26,623 bases of DNA, from IMG/VR virus record IMGVR_UViG_3300017958_000052; one strand, 5' to 3'. The stretch's first letter is position 1; every line of letters starts with the position of its first letter. Position numbers and translations under genes: made by a program. Source of the DNA: a virus. The notes under the pieces are model-generated. The model searched no databases. It saw only the letters and a list, made by a program, of their open reading frames with translations, and had not been told where the DNA came from. Below, piece after piece: positions 6,910-14,305 of this stretch.

Positions 6910-7731
6910 GTGAATTACGCAGGTTATGCAAAAAATGACGGGCCATTTTCTGTCATGCACGGCAATCAATCAAAGGGTTATCAAACTAGTTCTCTCAAGT
7001 ATCCTTCTAATTTAGGTATGATTGATTTACATAGTTTTGTAAAGTTTGGTATATCTACACAAAAACCAATTCAACATGTGAAAGAAGCTGGTGGATTGAA
7101 TTTCGAGGCTGGGAATATTCACACAGTTATTGACCTTTATATTCCAGAACAAATTAGTGTCACGCACGATGTTGCATATAAACAGGATGAGTCAAGAGGC
7201 GCAGCTGCCTTAGCACAAAAAAGTACAAAAGGCATAGGAGAGGCGTTAACTGGTGCTATATCAGGCATCGCTCTTGGTGGCGGCTTCAGTGCCTTAGACA
7301 CTCTAATTGGTTCAGAAGGTGCTTTGCGAGAAAATAACGATATGATCGGAAATGCAGCACAATATCAACTATTAGAGGGTCCATCTTTTAGACAATTTAG
7401 TTTCAATTACAAATTTGTACCAAAAAATGACACTGAAGCACCGGCGGTTACTCAGATTGTTAAATCTTTTAGGAGTGCAATGATGCCTAATATTGATTAT
7501 GAAAAATTCTTTTATAAGGCACCACAAACATTTTTAATATCATATCACGGTCCTGCATCAACCGTACTTCATAGATTTAAACCTTGTGTCTTAACTTCCT
7601 GTGAAGTAAATTATGGTGGAGAAGGTTCTTTTGAAATATTAAGAGATGGTAATCCATTATTTACTGAAATGAATTTAACATTTTTAGAACTTCTCCAAGT
7701 AACACAAGATGATGTAGAGAAAGGATTTTAA
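6910..7731 (+). CDS. 48: Baseplate tail tube cap gp48
   Basis: IDLYIPEQISV, EGPSFRQFSFNYKFVPKN..EA, PCVLTSCEVNY, LTFLEL. GTG start with AGGAG 8 nt upstream. Confidence 0.85.
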   Translation: MNYAGYAKNDGPFSVMHGNQSKGYQTSSLKYPSNLGMIDLHSFVKFGISTQKPIQHVKEAGGLNFEAGNIHTVIDLYIPEQISVTHDVAYKQDESRGAAALAQKSTKGIGEALTGAISGIALGGGFSALDTLIGSEGALRENNDMIGNAAQYQLLEGPSFRQFSFNYKFVPKNDTEAPAVTQIVKSFRSAMMPNIDYEKFFYKAPQTFLISYHGPASTVLHRFKPCVLTSCEVNYGGEGSFEILRDGNPLFTEMNLTFLELLQVTQDDVEKGF

Positions 7732-8340
7732 ATGGCGGGTTCTACACTTTTTTCTAAATTACCCAATATAAAATATGATATTCAGTTACTAAACGAACCA
7801 AAACTGATGAAAAATATATTTATCACAACGAAAGTTGTAGATGCATTTGCAAATAATCCTTTAACTCATTATGAATACGAAATTAAAGATGGTGAAACGC
7901 CTTGGAAAATTGCTGAACTTTATTATGAAAATCCAAACTATTGGTGGATAATTTTGTTTTTTAATGACATACGTGATTATTATTCTGAGTGGCCAAAATC
8001 AAGTGAAAATTTTCAAAGATATATGGACGAGAAATACGAAGATATAAAAGAAACTGAAAACGCATATTACTATTACAACAATTCTACTAAAATGAGTCCA
8101 TCAACTTATATGTTGATTAATAATTGGTTTAAGAATAAATTCGAGAATCCTAAAGAAGACGCCGGCGATTTAACACCGCCGTTTAACAAAATCACATACT
8201 ACCAGTTTAAAACTTTTGAAAAATATTCGGTTTACGAGTATGAGTTTGATAGAAATGAAAAAAATAGAGTTATAAAATTACTAAGATTAAATTATTTAGA
8301 AGATTTTATAACTGAATTTGAAAAAATGATTAAAATTTGA
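7732..8340 (+). CDS. 53: Baseplate wedge subunit gp53 (LysM-like)
   Basis: YEYEIKDGETPWKIAELYYENPNYWWIILFFNDI...EWP and YEYEFDRNEKNRVIKLL. Confidence 0.92.
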   Translation: MAGSTLFSKLPNIKYDIQLLNEPKLMKNIFITTKVVDAFANNPLTHYEYEIKDGETPWKIAELYYENPNYWWIILFFNDIRDYYSEWPKSSENFQRYMDEKYEDIKETENAYYYYNNSTKMSPSTYMLINNWFKNKFENPKEDAGDLTPPFNKITYYQFKTFEKYSVYEYEFDRNEKNRVIKLLRLNYLEDFITEFEKMIKI

Positions 8341-8351
8341 TAGGATAAATT

Positions 8352-9617
8352 ATGTCAGTAGGAATAACAAAGCCAGGCGATTATGACATGATGGAATTGT
8401 CCATAACAGGACATAATGGTTATACAATGAAATTGGAAGCAACATACACATTAGTTGAAATCTATGAAGATATTTTTGGAGATAGTATAACTGCAACTAT
8501 TAGTATTGTAACAACACAAGATTTGATTGATGCATTGCCAATTATTGGCCAAGAAACTGTGCGTATAAAAGTCAATCATCCGGGCGATACCAGATTACCT
8601 ATAGAATTAAATATGGTTGTGTATAAACTAACTGATTTTTCTGTCGATCAGGGCACGACAAGCTTTACTCTTCATCTTGTGACTCCTGAACAAATTACAA
8701 ACTACGAAACAAGAATATCGCGTGCATTTGAAGGCGCGGCATCTGATATTGTGCAAGAGTTATATAATACTCTAGGTTCTCAGCGGGGGTTGATGAAATC
8801 TTCTTCGGAAGATAATCAAAAACTAATAGTGCCTGGGATGACACCTATGAAAGCAATTAATTGGATGGCAACTAAGGCGTTTAGACAAGGGGCCGCTGAT
8901 TTTTTATTTTGGGAAGATGTTCAAGGACATAATTTCCAAAGTCTGTCAGAATTAACCAATGCAGAACCACAGTTTTTTTACAAGTATGGTATTCCAAATG
9001 TTACATTGGATGCAAATACTGAAGATAAAAACATAATAACATTTAAATTTGAATCTCATTTTAATGTGATGCAAAATATGATAAAAAGTATGTATGGTGG
9101 TAAAGCTAAATTGATAGACATTATAAACAAAAATGTGACTGGTATAGAATATAACATTTATGATCAATATAATAGTGTAGATAGAATAGAGTCTCAACCA
9201 TTATTTGATATAAGTGGACAAGGCAAACAATTTCATCCAGATTCTTTATTTCTTTTACCAGAAAATACAGATATGACATATAATTATGAACAAACTTTTC
9301 TAAGACGTAAAGCCCAACTACAATTATTTGATAATTTAAAACTGGTTTTTACTGCCTTTGGAGATACGCAAGTAAATGCTGGTAAACTTATAGACATTAC
9401 TTTCCCATCTTTTGTTTTTGGTTCGGCCGGTGCGGAAAATCCAAAAATATCAGGAAATTGGTTGGTGACAGCCGTGAAACATACATTTTCTCCAAAAAAT
9501 GGTTATCTTTCTAGTGTGGAATGTGTTAGAGATTCGCAAGGCGATCCATATCCTCAACCACAACCAATTAAAACTGGTTTGCCGTATTATGATTATGATT
9601 CGACAGGTGCATTTTAA
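8352..9617 (+). CDS. Baseplate hub protein, gp27-like
   Basis: EIYEDIFGDSITATISI, LPIIGQETV, FLFWED, GDTQVNAGKLIDI, SGNWLVTAVKHTF. Located between gp53 and gp5. Confidence 0.75.
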   Translation: MSVGITKPGDYDMMELSITGHNGYTMKLEATYTLVEIYEDIFGDSITATISIVTTQDLIDALPIIGQETVRIKVNHPGDTRLPIELNMVVYKLTDFSVDQGTTSFTLHLVTPEQITNYETRISRAFEGAASDIVQELYNTLGSQRGLMKSSSEDNQKLIVPGMTPMKAINWMATKAFRQGAADFLFWEDVQGHNFQSLSELTNAEPQFFYKYGIPNVTLDANTEDKNIITFKFESHFNVMQNMIKSMYGGKAKLIDIINKNVTGIEYNIYDQYNSVDRIESQPLFDISGQGKQFHPDSLFLLPENTDMTYNYEQTFLRRKAQLQLFDNLKLVFTAFGDTQVNAGKLIDITFPSFVFGSAGAENPKISGNWLVTAVKHTFSPKNGYLSSVECVRDSQGDPYPQPQPIKTGLPYYDYDSTGAF

Positions 9618-10429
9618 TGTTTAATGAGAAAGATTTTTTATGGTGGACAGGTGTTATTGAAAATGTAAAGGATGACCCACTAAAAATAGGTAGAGTAAAA
9701 GTAAGAATTTATGGATTCCATGATGACGACATTTCTGAAGAAGATTTACCGTGGGCCCTACCTATCATGCCAATTACAAGTGCATGTGTAAATAATATTG
9801 GTCAATCTCCAGTTGGAGTTGTAAAGGGTTCGTGGTGCGTTGGTTTTTTTAGAGATGGACACACGGCACAAGACCCTTTAGTTTGGGGTACAATTTACGG
9901 AGTGACTAATGATGATGCACTACAGGATCAGTATGGAGATGAGGGTACTGGGCCTTTAGTTGGACGTAGTGAAGTTACTGAATCTGATGTCAATAGAATC
10001 AATAGAGAAATGAAAGAGGATACTATATCAGAATACAAAGAAACTTCTAGGATAACAGAACCATCAAGTCAAGATGATATAGTATATCCAAATACAACTG
10101 GCTCATATAGTAGTAGGTCTGGCCACCATTCAGAGCTCGCAGACACTGGTGGTAATGAAAGATTGTCAAAATATCATGTCAGTGGTAGTTATGAAGAATA
10201 TGCACCGAATGGTAATTATAAAGAAAGAATCATAAATGATTCATACGACATATATGCTGAAGATTTATATATTCATGTGTCTGGTGATTATGAAATTCTA
10301 ACACAAAAAAATTTAGAAATATTAGTTAAAGGTGATTATAGTGAAGAAATTTCACAGGAAAAAGATTTATTGGGTGGTGCAGAAATCACAATAAAGGCTG
10401 ATGGTAGTAAAATAGAACTAAACCCATAA
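9617..10429 (+). CDS. 5: gp5-like tail spike paralogue A: OB-fold plus short beta-helix, no lysozyme domain
   Basis: WWTGV..DPLKIGRVKVRI, EDLPWA, GFFRDG..AQ.P..WGT, SRSGHHSELADTGGNERL...H.SGSYEE, ends KIELNP. Start overlaps the hub gene stop (TAATG). Confidence 0.85.
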   Translation: MFNEKDFLWWTGVIENVKDDPLKIGRVKVRIYGFHDDDISEEDLPWALPIMPITSACVNNIGQSPVGVVKGSWCVGFFRDGHTAQDPLVWGTIYGVTNDDALQDQYGDEGTGPLVGRSEVTESDVNRINREMKEDTISEYKETSRITEPSSQDDIVYPNTTGSYSSRSGHHSELADTGGNERLSKYHVSGSYEEYAPNGNYKERIINDSYDIYAEDLYIHVSGDYEILTQKNLEILVKGDYSEEISQEKDLLGGAEITIKADGSKIELNP

Positions 10430-10435
10430 TTTAAT

Positions 10436-10443
10436 TATAAATA
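10436..10443 (+). promoter_or_regulatory. T4-type late promoter TATAAATA upstream of the second gp5
   Basis: Exact consensus in the 32-nt gap between the two gp5 genes. AAGGA SD follows. Confidence 0.8.
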
Positions 10444-10461
10444 CTAAAAAAGGATTTTTTT

Positions 10462-11976
10462 ATGTTAAATTTTATTGGAAAAGACAATTTTGTTTGGTGG
10501 ACAGGTGTTGTCGAAGATTTTGAAAAAGATCCTTTGAAAATTGGCAGAGTTAAAGTAAGAATTTTTGGTTTTTATGATGAAGGCATTGAAACAGAAGATT
10601 TGCCTTGGGCTCTTCCGATTATGCCAATTACAAGTGCGTCAGTTGGTGGAATTGGTCAAAGTCCAACTGGTGTTAGAACCGATTCTTGGGTTATCGGTTT
10701 CTTTAGAGATGGTGAGTATGCACAAGAACCTATAATATGGGGCACTTTGCCCGGCACTAAAGGGAGTCAGGGTGAGGGAATCAATAGAAATGGTAGAGGT
10801 GAAGAAGTTCCTCAAACACTACGAAATTATTCTAAGGATGTTGCTAATGGCGGAACAGGACAAGGTACAGGAGTTGTTCCAAGTGGACAAAAAGTTTCGC
10901 AAATATCCGATACCACCTTTAATGATGCAGCGAGTAAAGATTTGGTAAGTTTTTTGAAAGCAAAAGAAGGATATAGTTCTAAATCATATTGGGATCATAA
11001 ACAACACTCAATTGGTTATGGTACAAAGGCAAATTATCCGGGCGAAGTGATTGATGAGCAAGAGGCCGAAGCTAGATTATCACAAAATATAGCAAAATAT
11101 AGAGGATATGTTTTGGAAAAAGAAAAACAATACGGTTACACTTGGAACGAAAGACAAAGAGATGCTCTAACTTCCTTTGCGTATAATCTTGGGCCCGGCG
11201 GACTTGACCAATTGACTAATAATGGTACAAGAGACAATGAAACCATTGCAAACAAAATGTTACTATACAATAAGGCAAGTGGACAAACTATTGATGCATT
11301 GGCAACTAGAAGACAGGAAGAGAGGGCGATGTTTTTGTCTGACCCAACAGGAACCCCAGCTGCAGCGTTATCACCAGATGATGTTATTGATCAAAGAAAT
11401 CAAAGATCAATGAATAGTATTTCTAATGAAATAAGTCAAAGTGTAAATACTAATAATCAATCTGGCAATCGTACTGTTAATAGTACTAATAGTTCACAAA
11501 CTCCTACGCAAACAGCAGATTCTGATTTGCCCACAAGATGTGGTTTGCCGGATGAACCACAATCCGAATGTTCAGAAACAAAAAATGAACTTGTCAGTAA
11601 TTCTAAATTTACTGAGCCAGAATCTCCTTATGCCGCCGTTTATCCATATAATCAAGCGATAAGGACTCCTACAGGCCATGTATTAGAAATTGACGATACT
11701 CCAGGCGCAGAAAGAATTCATACTTATCACAGATCTGGTTCTTTTGAAGAATATCATCCAGACGGGAAAAAGGTTTCTAAAACAGTTGGAGATGGTTTTG
11801 ATTTAGTTATGGGTAATAAAAATTTACATGTTGGTGGTAATTTAACTATAGTGGTCGAAGGAAACTTTAATTTAGTAGTTGGTAAAAAATCAACTACAGG
11901 TGTCGGTGGCAAAATAGATATAACTTCCGGTGGCAACCACACAATCAAAGCACCAAAAATAGATTTAAATCCATAG
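10462..11976 (+). CDS. 5: gp5 tail spike paralogue B with internal GH24-type lysozyme
   Basis: Same OB-fold motifs as paralogue A. KEGYSSKSYWDHKQHSIGYG and QRDALTSFAYNLG (lysozyme), YPYN...TPTGHVLEIDDTPGAERIH.YHRSGSFEE, VxGxxxxx octapeptide repeats, ends KIDLNP. Confidence 0.92.
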   Translation: MLNFIGKDNFVWWTGVVEDFEKDPLKIGRVKVRIFGFYDEGIETEDLPWALPIMPITSASVGGIGQSPTGVRTDSWVIGFFRDGEYAQEPIIWGTLPGTKGSQGEGINRNGRGEEVPQTLRNYSKDVANGGTGQGTGVVPSGQKVSQISDTTFNDAASKDLVSFLKAKEGYSSKSYWDHKQHSIGYGTKANYPGEVIDEQEAEARLSQNIAKYRGYVLEKEKQYGYTWNERQRDALTSFAYNLGPGGLDQLTNNGTRDNETIANKMLLYNKASGQTIDALATRRQEERAMFLSDPTGTPAAALSPDDVIDQRNQRSMNSISNEISQSVNTNNQSGNRTVNSTNSSQTPTQTADSDLPTRCGLPDEPQSECSETKNELVSNSKFTEPESPYAAVYPYNQAIRTPTGHVLEIDDTPGAERIHTYHRSGSFEEYHPDGKKVSKTVGDGFDLVMGNKNLHVGGNLTIVVEGNFNLVVGKKSTTGVGGKIDITSGGNHTIKAPKIDLNP

Positions 11977-11985
11977 GTTTTAAAA

Positions 11986-12417
11986 ATGTCAGAATTAGTA
12001 AATTTAGAAAACAGACTTGGAGTATTAAAAAGTAAACAAAATCAATTTGTTGATTTTGATTTATCATTTAAAAAAAATCCAATTACAAATGATGTTAGAA
12101 AAAAAAGAGATGCGGCCGCAGTGAACCAATCTTTGAAAAATTTAATTCTAACAAATTTTTTCGAAAGACCATTTCAACCAAGCTTTGGTGGAAATATTTG
12201 GGAAGATATATTTGAACCATTGGATGATATGTCTGTAATAAATATAAAAAATAGAATGGAAAACGCAATTTCAAATTTTGAGCCTAGAGTAAGAGAATTA
12301 AGTATAAATTTCAAGCCACTTAAAGACGAAAATACTCTAGTTATAGTATTAACATATCAAGTACCAGCATCCGAAGAAGTATTTTCTACTCAATTTAGTA
12401 TAGAAAGAATAAGATAA
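11986..12417 (+). CDS. 25: Baseplate wedge subunit gp25
   Basis: FVDFDLSFKKNPITNDV, AVNQSLKNLILTNFFERPFQPSFG, NFEPRV. Confidence 0.95.
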   Translation: MSELVNLENRLGVLKSKQNQFVDFDLSFKKNPITNDVRKKRDAAAVNQSLKNLILTNFFERPFQPSFGGNIWEDIFEPLDDMSVINIKNRMENAISNFEPRVRELSINFKPLKDENTLVIVLTYQVPASEEVFSTQFSIERIR

Positions 12418-14297
12418 TGGCAAAGACAATAGAAATTACAGAATTAGACTTTGAAGAAATAAAAACTAGTATTATAAATTATATGAGTTCCAAAAAAGAA
12501 TTCAAAGATTACGATTTTCAAGCGTCTGGTTTGAATACTCTTATCGATATTCTTGCAACTAACACTCATATTAATTCATATTATATGAATGCCATTTCTA
12601 ACGAAATGTTTTTGGATACCGCTAGAATTAGAGATAATGTTGTATCTAAAGCAAAAATGCTAAATTATACCCCAAGGTCAAAAAAGGCCGCAGAGATGGT
12701 TGTAAATTTAGAATTTCAAGGTACAGTACCAAAATCTTCTAGTAATGTATATGAAACTTTCATGTTAAATAAAGATTTCGAATTTACTGCAACAAAAGAT
12801 GGAATATCTTATAAATTCAGACCAAAAAACAATGTAATAGTGCCGAAAGTTTCATCTTTGGCAAGATCTGATGGCACTTTTACAAATGTTTTTTCGGTTA
12901 AAGATGTTGTTTTAATTCAAGGTACATATGTAACGGAAAATTATATTGTAAATACAAATGATCCAAATCAAAGGTATTTATTGACAAATAGTGATGTAGA
13001 TACTAGTACAATTACAGTTTTTGTATACGATAATCCAGATTTTCCAGAAAAACAAGAGTTTAAAAGATCTAATGATAATATGAAATTATCTGAACTTGAG
13101 AAGGCGTTTTTCCTTCAAGAAGGTAGAGGTGGTAATTATGAAATTTATTTTGGGGATGGTGTCTTAGGGGCTCAAATAGAGTCTGGACAAATGATAGAAA
13201 TAAATTATTTAACAACTTCCGGATCTGCTGGCAATGAAATAGTAAAAATTGATGCAAAGGGCAAAATTAGTAATTATGAAATACTTGATAGTATCGAAGT
13301 TGTTAGTAGAAGTGCTGGTGGTGCCGACGAAGAGGATATTGAATCTATAAAATTTCACGCACCAAAAACTTTTGGCGGACAAGGTAGAGCCGTCACTGTT
13401 AATGACTATAAAACTATTATCCCACAAATTTATCCTTCAACTCAATCATTAAACATATGGGGTGGAGAAGATAATATTCCACCCACTTATGGTAGAGTGT
13501 ATATTTCAATTCGTCCAGATACTGGATTTTTTCTTTCTGAGTATACAAAAGAAGAAATTAGAAAAAAACTTAGAAAAGATTATTCTGTTCTCTCAATCGA
13601 ACCACAAATAGTTGATGCAGAATATACAAAGTTGAAAATTAATACTACAGTTCAGTATGATAATGAAACTACATCTCTCAGTCAATCGGATATTAAAAAT
13701 ATTGTTTCTAATGGTATTGTTTCTTTCAGTAAAAAATATCTAGACGATTTCAATGATTATTTTAGATACTCTAATTTTGTAAATTGGATAGATACTCTGG
13801 ATCAATCGATCACGAATAATGAAACTTACGTTGGACTTATAAATGAACAGACAGTTTTGTTTAATACATCTGCATTTTATGTTTTTAATTTCAACAATAA
13901 AATTAAAAAAGGTAGTATAAAATCTGTTGGTGTTAGAGTTGTAGGAGATACTAGAATTTACTATGTAGAAGAAACTTCAAATTATGATGGAAAATTAAAA
14001 TTTTACACCTTTGATGTGAATGATAAAAAAATATATTCAACTAAAATTACTGGTAGTGTAAATTACGAAACTGGCACAATAAATATTGATCCGGTAAATA
14101 TTGAGGCCGTCGAGGGTTCATTGGAAGTTTTTAGACTCGAATGCGTACCGGCCGGACTTGATGTATTTCCAAGAAGAAATCAAGTCCTTGTAATTTTAAA
14201 AGAAGATGTGACAGTGACGGTTGAAGAAGATACAGATGATTATAATAATAATTATGATATTACAACTCAAAATGTAAAAACCATAAGAAATAATTAG
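12417..14297 (+). CDS. 6: Baseplate wedge subunit gp6
   Basis: ITELDFEEIK, FKDYDFQASGLNTLIDILA.NTH, NEMFLDTARIRDNVVSKAK.LNYTPRS, YEIYFGDGVLG, QGRAVT..DY, WGGEDNIPP.YGRVYISI. Confidence 0.96.
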   Translation: MAKTIEITELDFEEIKTSIINYMSSKKEFKDYDFQASGLNTLIDILATNTHINSYYMNAISNEMFLDTARIRDNVVSKAKMLNYTPRSKKAAEMVVNLEFQGTVPKSSSNVYETFMLNKDFEFTATKDGISYKFRPKNNVIVPKVSSLARSDGTFTNVFSVKDVVLIQGTYVTENYIVNTNDPNQRYLLTNSDVDTSTITVFVYDNPDFPEKQEFKRSNDNMKLSELEKAFFLQEGRGGNYEIYFGDGVLGAQIESGQMIEINYLTTSGSAGNEIVKIDAKGKISNYEILDSIEVVSRSAGGADEEDIESIKFHAPKTFGGQGRAVTVNDYKTIIPQIYPSTQSLNIWGGEDNIPPTYGRVYISIRPDTGFFLSEYTKEEIRKKLRKDYSVLSIEPQIVDAEYTKLKINTTVQYDNETTSLSQSDIKNIVSNGIVSFSKKYLDDFNDYFRYSNFVNWIDTLDQSITNNETYVGLINEQTVLFNTSAFYVFNFNNKIKKGSIKSVGVRVVGDTRIYYVEETSNYDGKLKFYTFDVNDKKIYSTKITGSVNYETGTINIDPVNIEAVEGSLEVFRLECVPAGLDVFPRRNQVLVILKEDVTVTVEEDTDDYNNNYDITTQNVKTIRNN

Positions 14298-14305
14298 GAC
14301 TCGTC

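Noticed and set aside
9617-10760. gp5 duplication as a diversity-generating retroelement template/variable pair
   Set aside because: Differences affect all bases and many synonymous sites rather than only adenines, both copies are full ORFs, and there is no reverse transcriptase in the window.
12237-14085. AATAAATA octamers inside gp25 (12237) and gp6 (14078) as late promoters
   Set aside because: One-mismatch matches within AT-rich coding sequence are expected by chance, and nothing else supports them.
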